Assembly: GCA_963749075.1 (NCBI GenBank)
Contig: CAVVLJ010000017.1
Coordinates: 800,001-864,000, forward strand
Direction of reading: 5' to 3'
Origin: an uncultured Pseudomonadota bacterium
Lineage (GTDB): Bacteria > Pseudomonadota > Alphaproteobacteria > JACZXZ01
DNA: 64,000 nucleotides
In this document: positions 41,821 to 51,226 of the stretch, piece by piece
How the letters are laid out: the number at the start of each line of letters is the position of its first letter
Numbering within the stretch: the first letter of the stretch is position 1
Program-made: the position numbers and the translations under genes
Notes under the pieces: model-generated
Database searches by the model: none
What the model saw: only the letters and a program-made list of their open reading frames with translations
Told to the model about the DNA's origin: nothing

Positions 41821-42621
41821 ATGAGCGATCGTCCCGCCGCCTCCATGGCACGCCCCCTCGGCGGAGCGCGCAAGACCCGCGGGCTCAAGGCGCTGCTGGC
41901 GACGACGGGAGCGGCGCTCGGCGCGCTTGCCGTGCTTGCCGCCCTCGCCTCCGCCTTCGGCACGCGTCTCGGTCTCTGGCAGTTCCGCCAAGGCTTCCAG
42001 ATACTCACCTTCGCCGGCTATGGCGGCACGGTTGCGGCTGCGGTCTCGCTCCTCGCCCTCGTCTGGCGGCGCGAGCGCCGTGCGCGCAGCGGCCTCCTCT
42101 CGGCACTTCTCGGCCTCGTGCTCGGCTTCGCCAGCTTCGCCTATCCCGTCTATCTCCGCCATGTCGCAGAGAGCGTGCCGCGCATCCACGACATCACCAC
42201 CGACTTGGTACACCCGCCGGCCTTCGTGGCGGTGCTGCCGCTGCGCGCCGGTGCGGAGAACCCGCCCACCTACGGCGGGGCCGAGGTCGCGAAGGAGCAG
42301 CAGGAGGGCTATCCCAACATCAAGCCGCTGCATTTCGCGGCACCGCCAGCTGCGGTCTTCGCGGCGGCGCTGGCGACGGTCAAGGATTTCGGCTGGGAGG
42401 TGGTAGCGTCGGTGCCGGCCGCGGGCCGCATCGAGGCGACCGACACCACCTTCTGGTACCACTTCAAGGACGACGTGGTGATCCGCATCGCCGCCGACGG
42501 AGGGGACACGCGGGTCGACATGCGCTCGGAGTCGCGCGTGGGGCGCAGCGATTTCGGCGTGAATGCCCGGCGCGTGACGCGCTACCTCGCGGCGCTCGAG
42601 CGCCGCATGGCGCGCGGCTAG
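41821..42621 (+). CDS. DUF1499 domain membrane protein
   Basis: Three TM segments, PRIHDITTD, FKDDVVIR, RSESRVGRSDFGVNA. Confidence 0.88.
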   Translation: MSDRPAASMARPLGGARKTRGLKALLATTGAALGALAVLAALASAFGTRLGLWQFRQGFQILTFAGYGGTVAAAVSLLALVWRRERRARSGLLSALLGLVLGFASFAYPVYLRHVAESVPRIHDITTDLVHPPAFVAVLPLRAGAENPPTYGGAEVAKEQQEGYPNIKPLHFAAPPAAVFAAALATVKDFGWEVVASVPAAGRIEATDTTFWYHFKDDVVIRIAADGGDTRVDMRSESRVGRSDFGVNARRVTRYLAALERRMARG

Positions 42622-42638
42622 AGCGCGCTCCGCGGAAC

Positions 42639-44192
42639 TTACTCCGGCGGAGGCCGCGTGCTGAGCGCCGCCGTCGTGCGCAGCGGCAGCTCCTTGAGGA
42701 AGAAGGAGGCGACGAAGCCCAGCACGGTGATCGCTGCGGCCATGAGGAACAGCACACTGAACGAGCGCTCGAGCCCTCTTAAGAGGAGCGACCTGACCGC
42801 CGGCGTCAGCGCCCCCATCCCGCCCGTGGCGCCGTGCAGCAGATCGAGGGCCGGATGCGGGCCGAGCGCCTCGTGGCCGGGGATGGCGGCGACGCGCGCG
42901 TCGAGCTGGGCGAGCAGCACCGAGCCGAGCATGGCGACGCCGAAGGCGCCGCCGAGCGAGCGGAAGAAATTGACGGCGCCGGTGGCCGTACCGAGGTCGC
43001 GCAAGTCGACCGCGTTCTGCACCGAGACGATGGAGACCGGCATCACCATGCCGATGCCGAGCCCGAGAAGCACCATCCAGGCGCCCGCCGCAAGCTGCGC
43101 CGTCTCGGCGGTCATCAACGAGAGCAGCACCAGGGCGGTGCTGGCCAAGGCGAGGCCGAGGCAGGGAAAGATCTTGTAGCGGCCGGTATGGCTCACGATC
43201 CGCCCCGAGGCATAGGCGCCGACGACGATGGCGCCGGTCAGCGGGATGAGCAGCACGCCCGAGCCCGAGGCGGAGACGCCGTCGACCAGCTGGAGGTAGA
43301 GCGGCATGAAGATGATGGCGCCGAACATCGCCATCGTGGTGAGGAAGGCGACCAGGCCGGAGACGGAGAACACCGGGTTCTTGAAGAGGCGGAGCGGCAG
43401 GATCGGCTCGCGCGCGAGACGCTCGCGGAAGCCAAAGACGACGAAGAGGACGAGGCCCAGGAGCAAGAGCCCGACGATCGGCGCCGAGAGCCAGGGCAGC
43501 TCGACGCCGCCCCAGGTGGTGACGAGCAAGAGCGCCGTGACGGCGGCGATGAGGAGAGCGGCGCCGGCGTAGTCGATCTCGCGCTGGGTGCGGTGCACCG
43601 TGAGCTTGCCGAGGGCCTTCCCGGAGATGAGGATGGCCGCGACGCCGATCGGCAGGTTGATCCAGAACACCCAGCGCCAGCTCAGATGCTCGGCGAAGAA
43701 GCCGCCCAAAACCGGCCCGCCGACGCTCGTCGCCGCGAAGACGGCGCTGAAATAGCCCTGATAGCGACCGCGGTCGCGGGGTGCGATGACGTCCGCGATG
43801 GTGGCGTGCGCCATGGCGATGAGGCCGCCGCCGCCGAGGCCCTGCAGCGCGCGGAAGAGGATGAGCTGGGTCATGGTGCCGGCGAGCGCGCAGAGCACCG
43901 AGGCCACGAGAAAGAAGACAAGCGCCGCCTGCAGCATGACCTTGCGGCCATAGAGATCGGATAGCTTGCCGTAGATCGGCGTGGTCGCCGTGGAGGTGAG
44001 GAGGTAGGCCGAGACCACCCAGGACATGTGCTCGATGCCATGGAGCTCGCGCGCCATCGTGGGCAGCGCCGTCGCGACGATCGTCTGATCGAGGCCCGCC
44101 AGCAGCATGCCGAGCATGATGCCGGAAAGGATGACCATGACGTTGTGGTGGCTGAAGCTGACCGGAATGGCCTCCGCGGGACGGGCCTCCAT
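42639..44192 (-). CDS. MDR/DHA2-family MFS transporter
   Basis: LDQTIVATALP, GKLSDLYGRK, WRWVFWINLP. Confidence 0.92.
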   Translation of the reverse strand: MEARPAEAIPVSFSHHNVMVILSGIMLGMLLAGLDQTIVATALPTMARELHGIEHMSWVVSAYLLTSTATTPIYGKLSDLYGRKVMLQAALVFFLVASVLCALAGTMTQLILFRALQGLGGGGLIAMAHATIADVIAPRDRGRYQGYFSAVFAATSVGGPVLGGFFAEHLSWRWVFWINLPIGVAAILISGKALGKLTVHRTQREIDYAGAALLIAAVTALLLVTTWGGVELPWLSAPIVGLLLLGLVLFVVFGFRERLAREPILPLRLFKNPVFSVSGLVAFLTTMAMFGAIIFMPLYLQLVDGVSASGSGVLLIPLTGAIVVGAYASGRIVSHTGRYKIFPCLGLALASTALVLLSLMTAETAQLAAGAWMVLLGLGIGMVMPVSIVSVQNAVDLRDLGTATGAVNFFRSLGGAFGVAMLGSVLLAQLDARVAAIPGHEALGPHPALDLLHGATGGMGALTPAVRSLLLRGLERSFSVLFLMAAAITVLGFVASFFLKELPLRTTAALSTRPPPE

Positions 44193-44510
44193 GATGCGGC
44201 GGTTCCTTTCCTCTCCGTTTGCAAGGGTGCGCGCTCAGCACCAGTTACGCATTTCGCCGCGACCGTCAATCGGAGGCGCTGCGCACGGCGCCTTTTGCCG
44301 CGGCTCGTGCGGCGGGCGGCGGAGCAGCGCAGACTCCGCCGATGAAAGCCATGCGGTTATTGCAATCCATTGCCGAGGCGCGCGCCCCCGATTGCCGCAT
44401 CGCCGGACGCGCGGGCGCACTTTCAGGGCCGCGCCGCGGGGCGAGCAAGCATTCGGGAAGGGCTCGCGAACAAAAAATGGTCAAAAAGATATCCCCAACT
44501 ATATAAAGTA

Positions 44511-44540
44511 TTGACAAATCCGCACACCACAACATATGCT
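44511..44540 (+). promoter_or_regulatory. Sigma70 promoter
   Basis: TTGACA-18nt-TATGCT preceded by an AT-rich UP-like tract. Confidence 0.65.
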
Positions 44541-44648
44541 ACAACCGCTCGCACGTCGTGTGCGCCCGCGTGACGTTGCCCGGCGAGTTCGCTCCTTGCT
44601 CTCGTCCAGCCCGTCCCGCGGCGGGTGTGTCTTGCAAAGGGGAACCAC

Positions 44649-44720
44649 ATGGCAGTCAAGAAGAAGGTCGTGAAGAAGGCCAAGCCGGCCAAGAAGGCAA
44701 AGCGCAAGACGAAGAAGTAG
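44649..44720 (+). CDS. 23-aa Lys-rich small protein MAVKKKVVKKAKPAKKAKRKTKK
   Basis: RBS AAAGGGG; all Lys codons are AAG, matching host codon bias; own promoter and downstream hairpins. Confidence 0.65.
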   Translation: MAVKKKVVKKAKPAKKAKRKTKK

Positions 44721-44787
44721 CGCTTGTCGGCGCGGGCCTGCATGCCCCAGCGAGACGCGGGGCGTGCAGGCCCGATGTCCAGTTCGC

Positions 44788-44817
44788 TCCCGGCCACGCC
44801 CTCGCGGCCGGGATTTT
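44788..44817 (+). terminator. Rho-independent terminator-like hairpin
   Basis: TCCCGGCC...GGCCGGGA followed by TTTT; a second hairpin lies at 44734-44773. Confidence 0.5.
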
Positions 44818-44880
44818 CATTTGCAGTGCAGCACAGCCGTCGTCCGCCGGCTCGAGGTCGCGCCGAGCCGCGAAGCGCGC

Positions 44881-46017
44881 TCAGTCGTCGGCCGCCGCCT
44901 CGATGCGCGGAGGGCGGATGAGCCGCGCGCCGGGCCACAGCTTGGCTTGCACGCGCGCATATTGCGGCGGATAGGCGAGCTCGGCGCCGAGCGCCTCGGC
45001 GGCATGCCACACCCAGCGCGGATCGTCGAGCAGTGCCCGCGCCAGCGCCACCATGTCAGCCTGTCCCGAGGCGACGATCGCTTCCGCATGGTGCGGCTCG
45101 ACGATGAGGCCGGCCGTGCGGGTGGTGATGTTGCTCCCGCTCCGCACCCGTGCCGCGAGCGGAACCTGGTAGCCGGGCACCAGGTTCTTCGGCGCCGCCC
45201 CGGGTACCACGCCGCCGCTCGAGACGCAGACGTAGTCGAGGCCGAGCGTCTTGAGCCGGCTGGCGAAGACCACCGCATCCTCGACCGTCGCCCCGCCCTC
45301 GAGCCAGTCGCTGCCGCTGATGCGCGCGCCGAGCACGCGCGCCGCCGGCCACGTCTCGCGCAGGGCGGCGGCGATCTCGAGCGGCAGGCGCATGCGGCCC
45401 TCGAGATCGCCGCCATAGGCGTCCTCGCGCCGGTTGGCGAGCGGGGAGAAGAATTCCTGGAGGAGATAGCCGTGCGCCGCGTGAAGCTCCACGACATCGA
45501 CGCCGAGCCTGAGCGCGCGCCGCGCCGCCGTCACGAAGGCGTCCTTGAGACGCCCGATGCCGGCCGCGTCGAGCGCCTTGGGCGTGTGCCAGCCGGCATC
45601 GAAGGGCAGCGCCGAGGGGGCGAGCGTCGGCCAGGCCCCCGCCTCCGAGGCGAGCGCGCGGCCGCCCTGCCACGGACGCTCTGCCGAGCCCTTGCGCCCG
45701 GCGTGGCCGAGCTGGATGCCGACCGGCACGCGGCTGCCGATGTTGCGCACGAGCTCGAGCACGCGCTTGAGTGCCGCCTCGTTGGCGTCGGAATAGAGGC
45801 CGAGACAGCCATGCGTGATGCGGCCGTGGCGCTCGACCGCCGTCGCCTCGATCATCAAGAGGCCGGCGCCGGCGAGCGAGAGACTGCCGAGGTGCTGGAG
45901 GTGCCAGTCGGTGGCGCTGCCGTCCTCGGCGCTGTATTGGCACATGGGCGCCACCACGACGCGGTTGGCGAGCGTGAGCGGGCCAAGCGGGAGCGGCGCG
46001 AAGAGCGGGCTGGTCAT
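44881..46017 (-). CDS. NADH:flavin oxidoreductase (Old Yellow Enzyme, YqjM-like)
   Basis: APMCQYS, QLGHAGRK, HAAHGYLL, DAYGG. Confidence 0.92.
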   Translation of the reverse strand: MTSPLFAPLPLGPLTLANRVVVAPMCQYSAEDGSATDWHLQHLGSLSLAGAGLLMIEATAVERHGRITHGCLGLYSDANEAALKRVLELVRNIGSRVPVGIQLGHAGRKGSAERPWQGGRALASEAGAWPTLAPSALPFDAGWHTPKALDAAGIGRLKDAFVTAARRALRLGVDVVELHAAHGYLLQEFFSPLANRREDAYGGDLEGRMRLPLEIAAALRETWPAARVLGARISGSDWLEGGATVEDAVVFASRLKTLGLDYVCVSSGGVVPGAAPKNLVPGYQVPLAARVRSGSNITTRTAGLIVEPHHAEAIVASGQADMVALARALLDDPRWVWHAAEALGAELAYPPQYARVQAKLWPGARLIRPPRIEAAADD

Positions 46018-46109
46018 CGGCGGAAACCCTCGTTCATGGCGGCGCGCATTTGGCTCCCGCGGCGGCGTCCCTGGCAAGGGACACCCCTGCATGGCGGCCA
46101 TGCCCGAGC

Positions 46110-46868
46110 CTAACGCAGGCAGCCGAAATAGCCCTCGAGCTTGTCGATGCGGCCGGCGATGGCCGCGGCGCGCTCGGCGATATAGGGCGTCGGGCGCTCG
46201 GGCGACCAGCGCCGCGGGTTGGGCAGCACCGCCGCCATGAGCGCCGCCTCGTGGAGCGTGAGCCGCTGAGCGCTCTTGTGGAAGTATGCCTCGGACGCCG
46301 CCTCGGCGCCGTAGATGCCGTCCCCCCACTCGATGACGTTGAGATAGACCGCCATGATGCGCCGCTTGGGCCATAGGGCGTCGATGAGGTAGGCGAGCCC
46401 CACCTCGATGCCCTTGCGGAAGATGCCGCCGCCCGGCCAGAGGAAGAGGTTGCGCGCGGTCTGCATGGTGATCGTGCTGGCGCCGCGCAGGCGTCCCTCG
46501 GATTCGTACTCGGTCATCGCGTCCGAGACCGCATTCCAGTCGACGCCATGATGCAGGCAGAAGCGGTTGTCCTCGGAGGCGATGACGGCGAGCTGCAGCT
46601 CGCGCGAGATGGCCGCGAGCGGCACCGCATGGCGGTCGATCCTGCCGGCCTCCGGCAGGCGCAGCAGCATGAGTGGCGTCGCCGGCGGATCGACCCAGCG
46701 ATAGAGCAGGCTGAGGGCCAGGACGAGCAGCAGGAGGGCCGCGGCGGCACGCAGCACGAAGCGCATCAGGTGCCGCACGAAACGGCGCAAGTGCCTCCTC
46801 CGCGGCCGTGGCGCGGGCTCGCTCAGGATCGGCCTCAGGGACCCGCGGTCGGGCTCGTCCATCGACAT
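46110..46868 (-). CDS. mtgA: Monofunctional peptidoglycan transglycosylase
   Basis: SEDNRF..HHGVD, RGASTITMQTARNLFL, RKGIE, YLNVIEWG. Confidence 0.92.
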   Translation of the reverse strand: MSMDEPDRGSLRPILSEPAPRPRRRHLRRFVRHLMRFVLRAAAALLLLVLALSLLYRWVDPPATPLMLLRLPEAGRIDRHAVPLAAISRELQLAVIASEDNRFCLHHGVDWNAVSDAMTEYESEGRLRGASTITMQTARNLFLWPGGGIFRKGIEVGLAYLIDALWPKRRIMAVYLNVIEWGDGIYGAEAASEAYFHKSAQRLTLHEAALMAAVLPNPRRWSPERPTPYIAERAAAIAGRIDKLEGYFGCLR

Positions 46869-46892
46869 GCGATGCGCGCGCGGAGCCCGGCG

Positions 46893-47774
46893 CTATTTGA
46901 GGCCGAGCACGCCGCTCGTCAGAGAGCGCGGATCGCGCGGGCCCCAGCGCCCGTTCTCGACGGCATGGAAGAACCCGGTGAGCGCTGCGTTGAAGGCGTC
47001 GGGCTCCTCGAGGTTGATGGTGTGGCCCGACTTGGGCATGACGGCGAGGCCCGAGGAGGCGATCGCGCGCTTCATGAGGAGCGCCGGCTCGAGGCACGGC
47101 TCGTCCTCGTCGCCCGTCACGATGAGCGTCGGCACCTCGAGCGCCTTCATGCTCGGCACCAGGTCCCAGAGCGACGGGCGCATCATCTGCACCCCGCGCA
47201 TGGTATTGGCCGAGCCCTTGGCGGAATGCTCGGCAAGCTGCCCGGCGAACTCGCGCCAGCCGCGCGGGTCCTTGTTCTGGTACTGCACGCGCGCGGCCCC
47301 CACCGCATATTTCTCGGCGAACGGCTTGCTGCCTTGCTCCTCGAGCATCTTGGCGGTCGCCTCGCATTCGCGGAGGAAGATCTTGCGCCTTCCTGCCTCG
47401 GCGCCGTAGCCGCAGCCCGCCACCACGAGCGAGCGGGCCGTTGCCGCGTGGCGGAAGCCGAAGTGCAGAGTGGCGAAACCGCCCATGGAGAGCCCGACGA
47501 CGTGGGCCTTGGCGATGCCGAGGTGCTCGAGCACGGCTGCGATGTCGTCGCTGGCGCGCGCCTGGGAATAGCTCGCCGCCGCCTCCGGCACGTCGGAGGG
47601 TGGGTAGCCGCGCGCGTTGAAGGCGATTCCGCGATAGAAGCGCGAGAAGTAGCGCATCTGGGGCTCCCAGCTGCGATGGTCGCCGGCGAACTCGTGCACG
47701 AAGATCACCGGCAGGCCGCTGCCCGCCTCCTCGTAATAGAGCCTGACCTTGTCGTCGGTCACTGCGTGAGGCAT
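46893..47774 (-). CDS. Alpha/beta hydrolase
   Basis: HEFAGD, GLSMGG nucleophile elbow, GDED, GHTINLEEP. Confidence 0.9.
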   Translation of the reverse strand: MPHAVTDDKVRLYYEEAGSGLPVIFVHEFAGDHRSWEPQMRYFSRFYRGIAFNARGYPPSDVPEAAASYSQARASDDIAAVLEHLGIAKAHVVGLSMGGFATLHFGFRHAATARSLVVAGCGYGAEAGRRKIFLRECEATAKMLEEQGSKPFAEKYAVGAARVQYQNKDPRGWREFAGQLAEHSAKGSANTMRGVQMMRPSLWDLVPSMKALEVPTLIVTGDEDEPCLEPALLMKRAIASSGLAVMPKSGHTINLEEPDAFNAALTGFFHAVENGRWGPRDPRSLTSGVLGLK

Positions 47775-47896
47775 GCGCTTTCCTCCCTCGATCCGGCGCT
47801 CTCCTTCATCGCGCGAGGCCGCGGGCGGGAGCGGCACGGCACCAGCCCGGGCAACTCTCGCCCGCGGCGCCGCGCGAGGCAAGGGGGCAGCGCCGC

Positions 47897-49339
47897 TCAA
47901 TCCCCGTCGGGGGCGGGCGTCATCTTGGTCATGCGCGGGGCGGCGGGCGGGCGGCCGGCCATCTCGGCGCCGGCGTCGGCGGGGAGCGGAAGGAAGACGA
48001 GGCCCGCGAGCGCCGCGATGCAGCCGACCGCGAAGAAGGCCGGCCAGAAATCGCCGCTCACGAGGTGATCGCCGCCGCGCGCCGCGATGGTGATTTGCAG
48101 GATGAGGGCGCCCGTGCCGACGCCGATGCTGGCCGAGAGCTGCTGCGCCATGCTGGTGAAGCTCGTCGCCTTGCTCATGCGCGCACTCGGCACCTCGGCA
48201 TAGGCAATGGCGTTCATGCTGGTGAACTGGAGCGAGCGGAAGAAGCCGCCGGCCAGCAGCACCGCGAGGATGAGCCAGGACGGAGTGGAGGCACGGAAGA
48301 GCCCGCAGGCGGCGAGCAAGCCGCCGCCGATGAGCGCGTTTCCGATGAGTATCCGGCGGAAGCCGAAGCGGCGCAGGATGGGGCCCGCCGTGATCTTCAT
48401 GGTGAGCGCACCGGCGGCGGAGGCGAAGGTGAGCATGCCGGAGTGGAAGGGATCGAGGCCGAAGCCCTCCTGGAGCATGAGCGGCAGGAGGAAGGGCGTG
48501 GCGCCGATGCCGATGCGGAAGAGGAAGGAGCCGGCGACGCTCGCGCGGAAGGTGGGGATGCGCAGCAGCGCCAGATCGATGATGGGATGAAAGATGCGGC
48601 GCGCGTGGCGGACGTAGAGGAGCAGCGCCGCGGCGCCCACGCCCAGGAGGAGGATCACGAGATAGCCCGGCAGGATGCTGCGTCCCGCCGCCTCGAAGCC
48701 GAAGACGACGCCCGTCAGGCCGAGCGCCGTCAGGAAGAAGCCGGGAATGTCGAGCGGCGCCACCCCTTCCTCGCGCGTATCGGCGATGAAGAGCGTCGCC
48801 AGCAGGATGCCGAGCGCGCCCATGGGCACGTTGATCCAGAAGATCCAGCGCCAGGAGATATAGGTCGTGATGAAGCCGCCGAGCGGCGGCCCGAGGACGG
48901 GACCCACGAGCGCCGGCACCGTGAGATAGGCGAGTGCCCGCACCAGCTCGGACTTGTGCACCGAGCGCAGCAGCACCAGCCGGCCGACCGGCACCATCAT
49001 CGCACCCCCCATGCCCTGGAAGATGCGCGCCAGCACGAAGCCGGCAAGCGAGTTCGAGAAGCCGCAGAGGATCGAGCCGGCCGTGAAGATGCCGATCGCG
49101 GCGCGAAACACCGTGCGCGCGCCGAAGCGGTCCGCCACCCAGCCGCTCGCCGGGATGAAGACGGCGAGGCTGAAGAGATAGGAGGTGATGGCGAGATTGA
49201 GCTGCAGCGGATTCTCGCCGAGCGAGCGCGCGATGGCCGGCAGCGCCGTCGCCAGCACGGTCGAGTCCATATTCTCCATGAAGAGCGCGCACGCCACGAT
49301 GAGCGGGATCAGCATCTGGCGCGGCAGCGGGGGAACCAT
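47897..49339 (-). CDS. DHA2-family MFS transporter (close paralogue of 21499-22992)
   Basis: PLIVACALFMEN, GWVADRFGAR, GGFFRSLQ shared with the paralogue. Confidence 0.92.
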   Translation of the reverse strand: MVPPLPRQMLIPLIVACALFMENMDSTVLATALPAIARSLGENPLQLNLAITSYLFSLAVFIPASGWVADRFGARTVFRAAIGIFTAGSILCGFSNSLAGFVLARIFQGMGGAMMVPVGRLVLLRSVHKSELVRALAYLTVPALVGPVLGPPLGGFITTYISWRWIFWINVPMGALGILLATLFIADTREEGVAPLDIPGFFLTALGLTGVVFGFEAAGRSILPGYLVILLLGVGAAALLLYVRHARRIFHPIIDLALLRIPTFRASVAGSFLFRIGIGATPFLLPLMLQEGFGLDPFHSGMLTFASAAGALTMKITAGPILRRFGFRRILIGNALIGGGLLAACGLFRASTPSWLILAVLLAGGFFRSLQFTSMNAIAYAEVPSARMSKATSFTSMAQQLSASIGVGTGALILQITIAARGGDHLVSGDFWPAFFAVGCIAALAGLVFLPLPADAGAEMAGRPPAAPRMTKMTPAPDGD

Positions 49340-49494
49340 CGGCGCTCGAATCTCGACAGGGTTCGCAGGCCAGCATAGGTGGCCCGCGCACCGCGAGATA
49401 TACGAATTTCTCGCACGTGCCATGCGGCGGCAAGGCGCTGCGGGCCGCCGCTCGGCGCTCCACGCCCTCCTGCTCGGGCCGGCGGCTAATTAGG

Positions 49495-49540
49495 AATGCG
49501 TCGCATTTTCATTGCGAACGACTACGAATTGCGATATTTG
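49495..49540. promoter_or_regulatory. Possible Fur-type iron box upstream of the porin
   Basis: AATGCG-T-CGCATT palindrome and ATTGCGAACGACTACGAAT, resembling the box at 51160. Confidence 0.4.
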
Positions 49541-49596
49541 ATTGAGGCGCCGCGAGCGGAAGCCCGCCGGGGGACGAGACCAGGGGACGAGATCAG

Positions 49597-51099
49597 GTGG
49601 AGGTCGAACCGATGTCGAAGCGCCAATTGCCGCCAAACCGCGCGTCGAGCCGTTTCAAGCTCTGGCTCATCGGGCTGGCATTCTCGGCGGGCGGTGCGCT
49701 TGCCGCCCTGCCGGCTGTACCTGCGCTCGCACAGACCGCGGCGAGCACCCAGTCCGCGAGCGATGGGGACGGCAAGGATTTCTGGGCCGGATTTTGGCAC
49801 CGCCAGACCATGCTGGGCGACATTTTCGGGTTGCGCCCGTGGCTCGGCACCTACGGCATCACCTTCAATCTCCAGGAGGTCAGCGAAATCCTCGCCAATG
49901 CCACGGGCGGCACCAGGCAGGGCTATGCCTACGAAGGGCTGACCACCATGACCCTGCAGCTCGACACCGACAAGGCCTTCGACTGGGACGGCGGCACCTT
50001 CAACGTCAGCGCGCTCCAGATCCACGGCCGCAACCTGAGCGCCGAGCGGCTCTTGACGCTGCAGACCGCGAGCGGCATCGAGGCGAGCCGCGCCACGCGG
50101 CTGTGGGAGCTGTGGTACCAGCAGGCGTTTCTCGACGGCGCCTACGACGTGAAGCTCGGCCAGCAGAGCATCGACCAGGAATTCATCAGCAGCCAGTATT
50201 CGGCGCTCTACGTCAACACCATGATGGGCTGGCCCATGCTGCCCTCGGCCGACCTCTACGCTGGCGGCCCGGCCTATCCACTCTCCTCGCCCGGCGTGCG
50301 CTTGCGCGCCAAACCGAGCGACGCCTTCACGGTGCTGGCCGGCGTCTTCGACGACAATCCGCCCGGCGGGCCCTTCGCCGCCGACCCGCAGCTGCGCGGC
50401 GCCGAGGCCTCGGGCACGCGCTTCAACCTCAGCACCGGCGCGCTCTTCCTCGCCGAGCTGCAGTATTCGCTCAATCAGCCCTCGCTCGGAGAGATGGATA
50501 CCGGCACCAAGGGCGAGCTCGGCATGCCCGGCACCTACAAGCTCGGCTTCTGGTATGACACCGCGAGCTTCCCCGACCAGCGCTTCGACAATACCGGCCT
50601 CTCGCTCGCCGACCCGGCCAGCACCGGCATCCCCGCGATACACAGAGGCAACTACAGCATCTACGGCGTGGTGGATCAGATGATCTGGCGGCCGGCGCCG
50701 GATAGTCCGCGCTCGCTCGGCGCCTTCGCCCGCCTCATGGGAGCCCCCTCCGACCGCAACCTGGTCGCGTTCAGCGTGAATGCCGGCCTCAATCTGAAGG
50801 ATCCTCTGCCCGAGCGCGAGAACGACACCTTCGGCGTCGGCTTCGGCCTGGCCAAGGTGAGCAGCCGCGCCGCAGGGCTCGACCGCGACACCGGCTTTTT
50901 CGGCGGCGCGCCCTACCCGGTGCGCAGCAGCGAGAAATTCATCGAGGCCACCTACCAGTACCAGATGACGCCTTGGTGGCAGCTGCAGCCCGACGTCCAG
51001 TACATGTTCAATCCGGGCGGCGGCATCCAGAACCCCGATACCGGCGCGCGCATCCGCAACGAGCTCGTCTTCGGCGTGCGCACGACGATTACGTTCTGA
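49597..51099 (+). CDS. OprB family porin
   Basis: Signal peptide, RLWELWYQQ, KLGQQSIDQEF, LQPDVQY and C-terminal Phe; start may be 49612. Confidence 0.9.
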   Translation: MEVEPMSKRQLPPNRASSRFKLWLIGLAFSAGGALAALPAVPALAQTAASTQSASDGDGKDFWAGFWHRQTMLGDIFGLRPWLGTYGITFNLQEVSEILANATGGTRQGYAYEGLTTMTLQLDTDKAFDWDGGTFNVSALQIHGRNLSAERLLTLQTASGIEASRATRLWELWYQQAFLDGAYDVKLGQQSIDQEFISSQYSALYVNTMMGWPMLPSADLYAGGPAYPLSSPGVRLRAKPSDAFTVLAGVFDDNPPGGPFAADPQLRGAEASGTRFNLSTGALFLAELQYSLNQPSLGEMDTGTKGELGMPGTYKLGFWYDTASFPDQRFDNTGLSLADPASTGIPAIHRGNYSIYGVVDQMIWRPAPDSPRSLGAFARLMGAPSDRNLVAFSVNAGLNLKDPLPERENDTFGVGFGLAKVSSRAAGLDRDTGFFGGAPYPVRSSEKFIEATYQYQMTPWWQLQPDVQYMFNPGGGIQNPDTGARIRNELVFGVRTTITF

Positions 51100-51159
51100 G
51101 GCGGCGGGCGAAAGGCCGCGAGTTGCGCCAACTTGACTCGCGCGGCGGCGGGTCATATG

Positions 51160-51178
51160 ATTGCAAATCATTCGCATT
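51160..51178. promoter_or_regulatory. Fur-type iron-responsive operator
   Basis: 19-bp near-palindrome ATTGCAAATCATTCGCATT directly upstream of an iron-uptake operon. Confidence 0.6.
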
Positions 51179-51226
51179 GTCAGCGCCGCGCCGCCGGTCG
51201 CACGGGAGAGAGGAGGGTCGGACCAC

